24,268 nt of DNA from Candidatus Aminicenantales bacterium (GTDB lineage: Bacteria; Acidobacteriota; Aminicenantia; Aminicenantales; Saccharicenantaceae). Positions 1 through 8,140 of this stretch are shown here, piece after piece. The notes below the pieces were generated by a model, which saw only the letters and a list, made by a program, of their open reading frames with translations, was not told where the DNA came from and did not search any database. The stretch spans positions 62,001 to 86,268 of the forward strand of contig JBEKXF010000013.1 in NCBI GenBank assembly GCA_049512315.1, given 5' to 3'. Made by a program: the position numbers and the translations under genes. Each line of letters opens with the position of its first letter. The first letter of the stretch is position 1.

Positions 1-802
1 AGGGGGCGACCCCGGCGATGTCCTCGTAATAGGGGAGCTTATAGAGCTCGAAGGAATCACGTCGTTCGGTGTAAGGCACCCCGAAATCGGGCTGTTTGAG
101 CATGTCCGAAACGGAAAACGACGTGCTGGTCATCTTGAGGGGCCCGAAGATCCGTTCGCGGACGAACTCCTCCCATGTCTTGCCGGACTGGAGCTCGATG
201 AGATAACCCACGGCGGCGTACATCAGGTTGTTGTAGAGGAATGTCTGCCGGAGAGGCGAGCTGGGCTCGAGGTACTTGATCCGATCGAAGAGCTCTTTCC
301 GGGTGAAGTCCGATTTGTACCAGATCGTGTCATGACGGGTGATCCCTGTCCGATGGGCCAGCATGTCGCGCAGCGTGACCGTCGTGTTAAGCTGGTCGTT
401 ATAAAATTGGATGGTCGGCACGGATTCCCTGACAGGCTTGTCCCACGTCAGTTTCCCCGCGTCCACGAGAATGCCGGCCGCCACGGCGGTGAAAAGCTTG
501 GTGTTCGAGGCGATCTGGTGCAACGTCGTCGGAGTGTAGGGCAGCTTCTTCCCGTAATCCCGGTAGCCGTACCCCTTGGCGAAAACGAGCTTGTCCCCAA
601 CCACGATGCCGACTCCGATGCCCGGAGCGTTCCAGTCTTTGAGGATCCCGGCCATGTAGGTGTCGAATCCCTGAAGTTTCTTGGCAATATCCTTATCCTG
701 GTCGTGGGCCTTGAGGCCTGGAGCTCCGGCCATTAGGAACAGGCCGATGATCGTCAAGCTTAAGAATGCGTTCAGCCGCTCAGTTCTGTGACCGATTTTC
801 AT
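1..802 (-). CDS. Secreted serine hydrolase, beta-lactamase class C/PBP family (partial, runs off window start)
   Basis: Manual translation from ATG at 802 (SD AAGGAG, complement of 811-816): MKIGHRTERLNAFLSLTIIGLFLMAGAPGLKA (signal peptide)...KDWNAPGIGVGIVVGDKLVFAKGYG...IASNTK (SxxK)...LRDMLAHRTG...FLYNNLMY (YxN). No stop within the window. Confidence 0.92.
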   Translation of the reverse strand, partial: MKIGHRTERLNAFLSLTIIGLFLMAGAPGLKAHDQDKDIAKKLQGFDTYMAGILKDWNAPGIGVGIVVGDKLVFAKGYGYRDYGKKLPYTPTTLHQIASNTKLFTAVAAGILVDAGKLTWDKPVRESVPTIQFYNDQLNTTVTLRDMLAHRTGITRHDTIWYKSDFTRKELFDRIKYLEPSSPLRQTFLYNNLMYAAVGYLIELQSGKTWEEFVRERIFGPLKMTSTSFSVSDMLKQPDFGVPYTERRDSFELYKLPYYEDIAGVAP

Positions 803-837
803 GGTGATGTCTCCTTGAAGGTTCCGATTCGAAAAGT

Positions 838-2037
838 TCAGGGCGTGATCCTGACCATGACGACGCCGTGGCCCGCGACAGTTGCCGAGTAGCTGCCCCT
901 GAACGTCCCCAAATCCTTATGCTGCCAGAGGTCCCGGACTTTGGCGCCGAGCGTCTTGGGGTAGCCGATCTCCGTCCAATTCACCGTGATCTGAGCTTCC
1001 GTCTTGCCCCGGTTGAGGAGAACGACGGCGCGGCTGCCGTCTGCGAGCGGCCGGGTCCAGACCTCCTGATCCCCGTCGTCCCTGACCTTGCTTCCTTGCC
1101 TGCCGAGCGGGTCCTGGTCGACGGCGATGACCTCCTTATTCGTCAGGATCTCTCGCGTCTCGGGCGTCATGGTCCGCATGTCGTTCCCGGCCATGAGCGG
1201 CGCCGCGAGCAGGCACCAGAAGCTGAAGTGGGTCTGGTACTCCGTGCTGGTCATGCCGCCGTTCCCGACCTCGAGCATATCGGGGTCGTTCCAGTGGCCG
1301 GGGCCGGAGAAGGCCTCGAGCCCGACCTGAAGGTCGATGATCTGGATGACGCCCAGCCCACCCCCCTCTTTATTGCCCTCCCACATGTCCTGGATGTCGC
1401 CGGTCGTCCGCCAGAGGTTGCCGATGTCCTTGGCCCAGAGCCAGGGTTTGGTTTCCCCCCACTCGCAGATGCTGAAAACGATGGGCCGGCCGGACGCCAG
1501 GAGGGCGTCGCGCATCCGGGAGTACGCGGCCTCGGAATTCTGGCCGCCGTTGTCGCACCAGTCGTATTTCAGGTAATCCACGCCCCACTCGGCGTACTGG
1601 CGGGCGTCCTGGAACTCGTACCCCCAGCTCCCGGGCCGGCCGGCGCAGGTCTTGGTCCCGGCGTCCGAGTAGATCCCGAACTTGAGGCCCTTGGAATGGA
1701 CGTAATCGGCCAGGACCTTGATCCCGGAGGGGAACGCTTTTCCGTCGACAATGATGTTGCCCTTGCTGTCGCGGTCGATCTGCCAGCAGTCGTCGATCAC
1801 GATATATTGATAGCCAGCATCGCGCATCCCGCACGCGATCATGGCATCGGCGATTTCACGGACGGCCTTCTCATTGATCTTGCAGCCGAACTTGTTCCAG
1901 GAATTCCATCCCATGGGCGGGGTCAGGGCCAGGCCGTTGTTGAGGGCCCGGATCTCGGGGCGGCCGGGGCCGAAGAACAAGGCCGTGAAGACGATAAGCG
2001 CGGCCGCGGCGATTTTCAGCGTCGTGAGCTTTTTCAT
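838..2037 (-). CDS. Alpha-galactosidase, glycoside hydrolase family 27, secreted
   Basis: Motifs NGLALTPPMGWNSWN, YIVIDDCW, GLKFGIYSDAG, WGVDYLKYDWC (nucleophile Asp), WRTTGDI (acid/base Asp), PGHWNDPDMLEVGNG; N-terminal signal peptide; SD GAAGGAGGGA upstream. Confidence 0.97.
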   Translation of the reverse strand: MKKLTTLKIAAAALIVFTALFFGPGRPEIRALNNGLALTPPMGWNSWNKFGCKINEKAVREIADAMIACGMRDAGYQYIVIDDCWQIDRDSKGNIIVDGKAFPSGIKVLADYVHSKGLKFGIYSDAGTKTCAGRPGSWGYEFQDARQYAEWGVDYLKYDWCDNGGQNSEAAYSRMRDALLASGRPIVFSICEWGETKPWLWAKDIGNLWRTTGDIQDMWEGNKEGGGLGVIQIIDLQVGLEAFSGPGHWNDPDMLEVGNGGMTSTEYQTHFSFWCLLAAPLMAGNDMRTMTPETREILTNKEVIAVDQDPLGRQGSKVRDDGDQEVWTRPLADGSRAVVLLNRGKTEAQITVNWTEIGYPKTLGAKVRDLWQHKDLGTFRGSYSATVAGHGVVMVRITP

Positions 2038-2108
2038 GAGTCCCTCCTTCAGGCGTCGAGGATCGCGTTCCGTATAGCCGGGCGGATCAAACAGGCCATG
2101 AGAAAGGC

Positions 2109-2138
2109 ATTATAAGGGGGAACGACGCCCTTCATCAA
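2109..2138 (-). promoter_or_regulatory. Putative sigma70 promoter for the alpha-galactosidase/serine hydrolase genes
   Basis: Minus strand reads TTGATG (2138-2133), 18 bp spacer, TATAAT (2114-2109). Confidence 0.55.
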
Positions 2139-2224
2139 GCTTGGAGATCATCCCCTGCCCTCAAGGAACCGGGGGGGTGGAGTATAATGATTGTCCATAT
2201 TCATGCTCGGGAGAGAATGATCTC

Positions 2225-4300
2225 ATGAAGAACAATGTCAGATCCGCCCTGGCCGGCGTGTCGGTCCTCCTGGCCTTGTTCTTGTCGGCCCCGGCCGGCG
2301 GACGCGAGTCCGCCCCGGAGCCTGCCGCGGATGCCGGTCAGAAGTTCAAGGACACGAACATCGACCGCGTCCGGGGGTTCCTGACAGAATCCTCGAGTCC
2401 CGGCAACAGGCTTGACGATTACTATTTCGTGCTTATCGGCGACATCCAGAACAGTCCCAAGGATTTCGGACACGCCGTCTTCAACGCCATCGCCAAGGAC
2501 ATGCGAGAAGTTGTTGACGAGAAGACCGGCGAGCGTCTTTACGACCGGATCCGCTTCGTCATCCTCAACGGCGACCTCGTCTATGAAGGCCCGAGCCCCA
2601 GGCAATGGGACGCCCTGGAGAAAGCCTTCGCCGGAAAGGGGCCCGACGGGGTTTCCTATCCCTATCTCCAAATCCTCACCCGGGAGAAGCCGATTTTTCC
2701 CGTCACCGGCAACCATGAGCTCTTGAGCTTCCAACCTCATGTCCCGACCCACTACAAGGATCTTTTCGACTCCCCCATGGGGGCCGTCCATTTCAAATCG
2801 TTCTTCGACTGGGACCGTTGGATCGCCGACCCGCACATTCTTTATCCCGTGCCGGCCGACCTCCCGGAGAAAACGTTCCGCGAGCTCTCCGCGAAGCTCG
2901 GGGACCCTGGCGACGTTCGATACCTGGCCGAGCAATACGTCCTCAAGAAAGATGGCCGTTTCCACCTCAAGTTCAACGAGAATCCGCCGCTCCACGAAGA
3001 TGAGTATCGGGCCGGCAAGGAGCACCTGGCCGCCGGGCTCGCGGCGATTTTCCTAAAGGCCGGCTACGGCACGCTCCCCGTCCTGAATTCCGACAACATG
3101 ATCCACTACGCGTTCGAGGCCGGAAACGTGGTCTACCTGCTCCTGGATTCCATGGCCCGCGGCTGGCATTACCCGGGCTTTGCCCGGCTGAAACAGGCCC
3201 TCTACCCCGCCAAGGAAGACCAGCACCGGCTGAACCTTTTCACGGTCAGCCCGTTCAACGGCCAATCCGATTTTTACCGGGCGGTCGCCGCCTACGCCCG
3301 AGAACGCGGCCTGACCCTCGTCCTGTCAATGCACAGTCCCACCTTCAACAGCTCCCGGCGTGTCACCAATCCGGGTGTCGGCTACAACAGTTGGCTGGCC
3401 CTGGGACTTCCCCAGCACGGACAGGAAAAGGGCGGCCTGTCCCTCTTCGACGACGCCATCTTTTCTGACGTCTCTGATGTCTTCAGCTCATGCGTCCACG
3501 CCTACGAGCATTTCACTCTCGTCACGAGGACGCCGGGGTTGGCCGATCACACCGTTCAATGTTACATCTCCGGGGGCGGGGGCGGACCGCTGAGGGGAAA
3601 TTTCCTGGCCGGAAAGACCAAACCCTGGGTCGACCTTTATAATCAGAAACTCCAGGAACTCGGCGGCCCCATGGCCGGACGATCCGTTGAGATCGGGGAC
3701 GACGTCACCGGCGTCGGCCATCATTATCTGCTCGTCCATGTCGTCGGCGGCCGGATCGTCGACGCCTCTCCGCACTTTATCAACCCGCAGGACGTCCGCC
3801 AGCCAAAGGTCAAGTCTCAAGTGACCCTGTCGGCTTCCTATCTCTCGCACCCGTCCAGCACCGGGGCATCCCTCGAGTTCTGCCCGGGCGTATGGGGAAT
3901 GGAAAAGGTCAACGGATACCTGACGTTCGTCAACTGGCGGCCCTCCTTGAGTCTCGGGGTCGTCAACTACAACATCCGGGGAATGAGCCCGGACGCCCAG
4001 GCCTACGCCGCCACCTTGGAAGTCTCCCCGTTCACCCTGGAATTTCATCTTCCCAAAGCCGACCTTGTGAGCCTGAAGCTTCTGGGGTTCGAGCTCTGGG
4101 ACGGCCGGGCGAACCTCCGCCGCGCCTTCCTGACGACGGGAGTGGAGATGCCGCTTCTCTACGACCTATTCGGACGCCTCGAGAGGCTCAACGTCGGGGT
4201 CAAGGTCTACTTCCCCTTCCGTGCGGCCGCGGACACGAACCAGGACTTCGGACGCCGGACGAGGCTCGCCTTTTACGCCGGATACAGGTTCAGGTTCTAG
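2225..4300 (+). CDS. Secreted calcineurin-like/purple-acid-phosphatase-type metallophosphoesterase with a probable C-terminal outer-membrane beta-barrel
   Basis: Start reassigned to ATG 2225 (GGGAGAG upstream, signal peptide MKNNVRSALAGVSVLLALFLSAPAGG). Motifs LIGDIQ, LNGDLVY, TGNHE, SMHSP, SSCVHAYE, YISGGGGGPL. The last ~160 aa are alternating beta-strands ending LAFYAGYRFRF. Confidence 0.75.
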   Translation: MKNNVRSALAGVSVLLALFLSAPAGGRESAPEPAADAGQKFKDTNIDRVRGFLTESSSPGNRLDDYYFVLIGDIQNSPKDFGHAVFNAIAKDMREVVDEKTGERLYDRIRFVILNGDLVYEGPSPRQWDALEKAFAGKGPDGVSYPYLQILTREKPIFPVTGNHELLSFQPHVPTHYKDLFDSPMGAVHFKSFFDWDRWIADPHILYPVPADLPEKTFRELSAKLGDPGDVRYLAEQYVLKKDGRFHLKFNENPPLHEDEYRAGKEHLAAGLAAIFLKAGYGTLPVLNSDNMIHYAFEAGNVVYLLLDSMARGWHYPGFARLKQALYPAKEDQHRLNLFTVSPFNGQSDFYRAVAAYARERGLTLVLSMHSPTFNSSRRVTNPGVGYNSWLALGLPQHGQEKGGLSLFDDAIFSDVSDVFSSCVHAYEHFTLVTRTPGLADHTVQCYISGGGGGPLRGNFLAGKTKPWVDLYNQKLQELGGPMAGRSVEIGDDVTGVGHHYLLVHVVGGRIVDASPHFINPQDVRQPKVKSQVTLSASYLSHPSSTGASLEFCPGVWGMEKVNGYLTFVNWRPSLSLGVVNYNIRGMSPDAQAYAATLEVSPFTLEFHLPKADLVSLKLLGFELWDGRANLRRAFLTTGVEMPLLYDLFGRLERLNVGVKVYFPFRAAADTNQDFGRRTRLAFYAGYRFRF

Positions 4301-5124
4301 GCCCGCTCGGGCTCGTCGCGGCTTTCCCTCACCCGGCAGTAGACCGCGGAGCCGCCGCCCGCCTCCTCCCGTGCCCTGATCTCGAACAGGCCGGGCTGGC
4401 TCTTGATGAGCTGGGAAAGCTGTTTGAACCCGTAGGTGCGGGGGTCGAACCCGGGGTCGAGCTGGCGCAGGTAGAAGCCGAGCTCGCCCAGGTTGGCCCA
4501 GCCGTCCTCGTGGACGGCCATGTCGAAGGCCCCCCTGAGGAGCGGGACGGGGTCGAACTTCCGGCTCTTGTCCTCCCGGTCCTCGTGGTCTCCGCGCTCC
4601 TCCCGCGTTTCCTTCCCGACGCCCTTCCTCACCGCTCCACCTCGGTCGCGCCGCCTCGTCTCCCGCTCCCGGGGGACGAGGTTCTCCGTATAGATAAATA
4701 TGTTGCAGCCGTTGACGAAGGCCTTGGGCGTCGAGCGCTTGCCGATCCCCATGACGAAGAACCCGGTCTCCCGGATCCTCGTCGCCAACCGGGTGTAGTC
4801 GCTGTCGCTCGAGACGATGCAGTAGCCGTCGACGAGGTGGCCGTGGAGGATGTCCATGGCGTCGATGATCATAGCACTGTCGGTGGCGTTCTTGCCGATC
4901 GTGTAGCGGAACTGCTGGATGGGCTGAATGGCGCTGTCGTGGAGGGCGGCTTTCCAGCCGGACATGCTGGTCGTCGTCCAGTCGCCGTAGATCCTGCGGA
5001 TGGTGACCAGGCCGTATTTCCCGGCCTCGGCCAGGATCTGGTTGACGAGGGACGGCTGGGCGTTGTCGCCGTCGATGAGGAGGGCGACCTTCCGGGTCTT
5101 ATCGCCTATGAAATTCTCGACCAT
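4297..5124 (-). CDS. NYN domain (LabA/DUF88, PIN-like) protein with C-terminal OST-HTH/LOTUS domain
   Basis: VALLIDGDNA, RRIYGDW, GKNATDSAMIIDAMD, IVSSDSDYTRLA; C-terminal GWANLGELGFYLRQLDPGFDPRTYGFKQLSQLI; SD AAAGGA. Overlaps the convergent gene by 4 nt (CTAG). Confidence 0.93.
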   Translation of the reverse strand: MVENFIGDKTRKVALLIDGDNAQPSLVNQILAEAGKYGLVTIRRIYGDWTTTSMSGWKAALHDSAIQPIQQFRYTIGKNATDSAMIIDAMDILHGHLVDGYCIVSSDSDYTRLATRIRETGFFVMGIGKRSTPKAFVNGCNIFIYTENLVPRERETRRRDRGGAVRKGVGKETREERGDHEDREDKSRKFDPVPLLRGAFDMAVHEDGWANLGELGFYLRQLDPGFDPRTYGFKQLSQLIKSQPGLFEIRAREEAGGGSAVYCRVRESRDEPERA

Positions 5125-5165
5125 GGTTCGGTCCTTTCGTTCGTTGCGTTCAAGATTCCCCCCTC

Positions 5166-5194
5166 ATATTAACCTATCTCGGCCGCGGGTTCAA
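5166..5194 (-). promoter_or_regulatory. Putative sigma70 promoter of the NYN gene
   Basis: Minus strand TTGAAC (5194-5189), 17 bp spacer, TAATAT (5171-5166). Confidence 0.55.
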
Positions 5195-5269
5195 TCCAAA
5201 AAAGCGATAGCCGCGGCCGCCCAAAATTTGTATAGTAGGGGCATCGAGCCCGAGGAGCGAAGGGAACGG

Positions 5270-6151
5270 ATGAAGAAGATCACCAGACGGGAATTCATCG
5301 GGGGAGCCGCCGGGGCCACGGCGGCTTTCTGGGCGACCGCGACGGGCGCCAAGGCGTTATCGGCATCATCGGCCTCCAGCCGCCTCCCAAGACCGGAGGG
5401 TCAGACGGGAAAACGGCCGCGCTTCCCGTTCGAGCTCGGCGTCGCTTCCTACACCTTCCGGGAATTCGGCCTGGACGCCGCGATCGCGATGACCAACAAG
5501 GTCGGACTGCGGCGGATCTGCCTCAAGGATGTTCACCTCCCCCTCCAGAGCTCCCCGGGGGAAATTGCCGCTGCCGTCCGCAAGGTTCGGGAAGCCGGCC
5601 TCGTCCCCTACGGGTGCGGCGTCATCTACATGAAAACGCCGGCCGAAGTCGAGCGGGCCTTCGCCTACGCGAAGGCCGGCGGCATGGGCATCATCGTCGG
5701 CGGCCCCGATCATGCGCTCCTGCCCCTCGCCGAAAAGAAAGCCCGGGAATCGGGCATCAAGCTCGCCATCCACAACCATGGCCCCGGCGACCTTCTCTAT
5801 CCGACACCCCGCTCGGTCCTCGAAAGGACCAAGGGCTTGGATCCGCGCCTCGGGCTCTGCCTGGACATTGGCCACTGCATGCGGTCGGGGGTCGACCCGG
5901 CCGCGGCGGCGGAGGAATGCGCCGGACGCCTCCTCGACGTCCATCTCAAGGACGTGACGGCGGCCGACAAGGACGGCGGGCCGGTCGAAGCGGGCCGGGG
6001 TGTCATCGACATGGCACGGTTCCTCCTGGCCCTGATCAAGGTGGACTACCGGGGCACCGCCTCGTTCGAGTTCGAGAAAGACGGGAAAGATCCGCTGCCG
6101 GGGCTCGCGGAATCGGTCGGCTACGTCCGCGGACTCCTGGCGGTCCTTTAG
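5270..6151 (+). CDS. Tat-exported sugar phosphate isomerase/epimerase (xylose isomerase-like TIM barrel, AP_endonuc_2)
   Basis: Start at ATG 5270: MKKITRREFIGG (twin-arginine signal); LGVASYTFR, KLAIHNHGP, LCLDIGH, DVHLKD, GRGVID, SFEFE metal-binding motifs. Confidence 0.9.
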   Translation: MKKITRREFIGGAAGATAAFWATATGAKALSASSASSRLPRPEGQTGKRPRFPFELGVASYTFREFGLDAAIAMTNKVGLRRICLKDVHLPLQSSPGEIAAAVRKVREAGLVPYGCGVIYMKTPAEVERAFAYAKAGGMGIIVGGPDHALLPLAEKKARESGIKLAIHNHGPGDLLYPTPRSVLERTKGLDPRLGLCLDIGHCMRSGVDPAAAAEECAGRLLDVHLKDVTAADKDGGPVEAGRGVIDMARFLLALIKVDYRGTASFEFEKDGKDPLPGLAESVGYVRGLLAVL

Positions 6152-6162
6152 AAGGAGTTGCG

Positions 6163-7440
6163 ATGGACCAACTGCCCATCACGAATCAAGGGGATCCGCC
6201 GGCGGCACCGCCCCGCGAGCGCCTGGCCTCGCTCGACGCGTTCCGGGGATTCGACATCCTGACCATGGTTTTCGTGAACTATATCGCCGCGATGTCGGCC
6301 ATCCCCTTCGTCCTCCGGCACGCGCCCGCGACCATGGACGCCTTCACTCTGACAGACGTCGTCTTTCCAGGGTTCCTGTTCATCGTCGGGGTCTCCATCC
6401 CCCTGGCCCTGACAAAGCGGAAAGAGATGGGCGACCCGGCCTTGCGCATCGTCGGCCATGTCGTCGTCCGCACCCTGGCCCTCCTCTTCCTAGGTCTGAT
6501 CCAGGTTAACGCCGAACGTTATTCCGCGGCCGACACGGGCCTCGGCGAACACCTCTGGTATTTTCTGGCCTACGCGGCCGTGTTCATCCTCTGGACCGCG
6601 TATCCGAAGAAAGTCCCCCCGGCGCGAAAGAAGGGCCAACTCGCAATGCGGATCGCGGCGGCCGCCGTGCTCATCGCCCTGGTCATCATTTTCCGGGGCA
6701 AGGGAGAGGATGGCGTCGTGACCTGGCTCCGGCACTCATGGTGGGGCATTCTGGGCATGATCGGCTGGACCTATCTCGCCGGGAGCCTCCTCTTCATCGT
6801 CAGCAAGGGGAACCGGACCGTCCTGGCCGGGGCCATCGGCTTCATGACCGCCCTCTATATTGGCAGCCGCCACGGCGCGCTCGATTTCCTCGGACCCGTC
6901 AACCGGCTGCTCGAGCACGGCGTCGGGAGCATCTTCGGCTCCCACACGGCGATCGTGACGGCCGGGATGCTCGTCGGGACGCTCTTCCTCCCCCGTTCCG
7001 ACCTTTCGAAACCGAAGGACCGCATCCGCTTTCTGTCCATCCTGGGTGTCCTGCTCGTCCTGGCGGGCTATCTCCTCAGGCCCCTTCACGGCTTCAGCAA
7101 GATCGCCGGGACCGAATCGTGGACCCTGGCCACCGCGGGGATCTGCTGCCTCGTCTTCATGCTGTTCTACATCGTCCTCGACGCGATGAAGCTCAGGCGG
7201 GCGGCCGCCTTCCTCATCCCCGCCGGCCGGAACCCCCTCGCGGCTTACCTCCTGCCCGACCAGATCAATAATGTTCTTCTCCTGCTCGGAGGACTCCTCC
7301 ACCTCAACCTCTGGCGCGTCTTCTGGCCGTTCGCCGAGAAGGGCGGGGTCCCCGGCATGCTGAACGCGGCGGTCATGACCGCGCTCGTCCTTTTCCTGAC
7401 GACGCTCCTGACCCGGGCCAAGGTCATCCTCAAGCTCTAG
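6163..7440 (+). CDS. Heparan-alpha-glucosaminide N-acetyltransferase-like (DUF5009/DUF1624) polytopic membrane protein
   Basis: Start at ATG 6163 after SD AAGGAG; RLASLDAFRGFDILTMVFVN, TLTDVVFPGFLFIVGVSIPLA, WWGILGMIGWTY, SK..GT.SWTL, GRNPLAAY; many transmembrane segments. Confidence 0.85.
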   Translation: MDQLPITNQGDPPAAPPRERLASLDAFRGFDILTMVFVNYIAAMSAIPFVLRHAPATMDAFTLTDVVFPGFLFIVGVSIPLALTKRKEMGDPALRIVGHVVVRTLALLFLGLIQVNAERYSAADTGLGEHLWYFLAYAAVFILWTAYPKKVPPARKKGQLAMRIAAAAVLIALVIIFRGKGEDGVVTWLRHSWWGILGMIGWTYLAGSLLFIVSKGNRTVLAGAIGFMTALYIGSRHGALDFLGPVNRLLEHGVGSIFGSHTAIVTAGMLVGTLFLPRSDLSKPKDRIRFLSILGVLLVLAGYLLRPLHGFSKIAGTESWTLATAGICCLVFMLFYIVLDAMKLRRAAAFLIPAGRNPLAAYLLPDQINNVLLLLGGLLHLNLWRVFWPFAEKGGVPGMLNAAVMTALVLFLTTLLTRAKVILKL

Positions 7441-7458
7441 GGGCCCGGGCCCCTTCAT

Positions 7459-7487
7459 TTGACAATTCTCATCGCCTCGAATATATT
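7459..7487 (+). promoter_or_regulatory. Near-consensus sigma70 promoter of the DUF47-pit operon
   Basis: TTGACA (7459-7464), 17 bp spacer, TATATT (7482-7487); SD GAGGA at 7496-7500. Confidence 0.75.
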
Positions 7488-7508
7488 TCCGCCCTGAGGA
7501 AACCCCGT

Positions 7509-8135
7509 ATGAAATTCCGATTCTTTCCCAAGGACCAAAAGTTTTTCGCTCTTTTCCGCCAGGACGCGGCCAACCTCAAGACCGGCATCCAGGCCCTCCA
7601 GGAGCTCGTCAACAACTACGAGGACATCGAGAAAAAGTACCAGCATATCAAGGACATCGAGCACCAGGGGGACATGATCACCCACGAGATCTTCACCAAG
7701 CTCCGGGAGACCTTCATCACGCCTCTCGACCGGGAGGACATCCACGGCCTGGCCAGTGGGCTCGACGACGTCCTGGACTGCATCGAGGGCGTGGCCAGCC
7801 GGATGAACTATTTCAAGGTCCCCAAGCCGACGCCGGAGATGAAGGAACTCGTCGAAATCATCAGCCAGGCCGTCCACCAGATCTCCGAAGCCCTCAACAA
7901 TCTTGAAACCCTTGGCCGGGTCGACGCCTTCTGCAAGCAGATCAACATCCTGGAATACGAAGCGGATGTCGTCTGCAGAGAGGCCATCGCCGACCTTTTC
8001 GAGAAGACAGAGAGGGTTGAGCAGCTCAAGGACCTCATCAAACTCAAGGAGATCTACGGCCGGCTCGAGATCGCGGCCGACCGCTGCGAGGACGTCGCCA
8101 ACATCATCGAGGGCATCATCGTCAAGACGAGCTGA
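7509..8135 (+). CDS. DUF47 family phosphate transport regulator (PhoU-like, TIGR00153)
   Basis: IKDIEHQGDMITHEIFTKLRETFITPLDREDIHGLASGLDDVLD, LEYEAD, KEIYGRLEIAADRCEDVANIIEGI; located immediately upstream of a PiT transporter. Confidence 0.95.
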   Translation: MKFRFFPKDQKFFALFRQDAANLKTGIQALQELVNNYEDIEKKYQHIKDIEHQGDMITHEIFTKLRETFITPLDREDIHGLASGLDDVLDCIEGVASRMNYFKVPKPTPEMKELVEIISQAVHQISEALNNLETLGRVDAFCKQINILEYEADVVCREAIADLFEKTERVEQLKDLIKLKEIYGRLEIAADRCEDVANIIEGIIVKTS

Positions 8136-8140
8136 GCTTC

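Noticed and set aside
1..802. Antibiotic-resistance beta-lactamase
   Set aside because: SxxK and YxN motifs are shared by many esterases and peptidases of this fold; there is no mobile context, and the partial sequence cannot establish beta-lactam hydrolysis.
7440..7475. Palindrome GGGGCCCGGGCCCC and possible Pho box upstream of DUF47-pit
   Set aside because: The palindrome is short, all GC and has only a weak U-tract; the TTCAT/CTCAT half-sites are 14 bp apart rather than the 11 bp of PhoB repeats.
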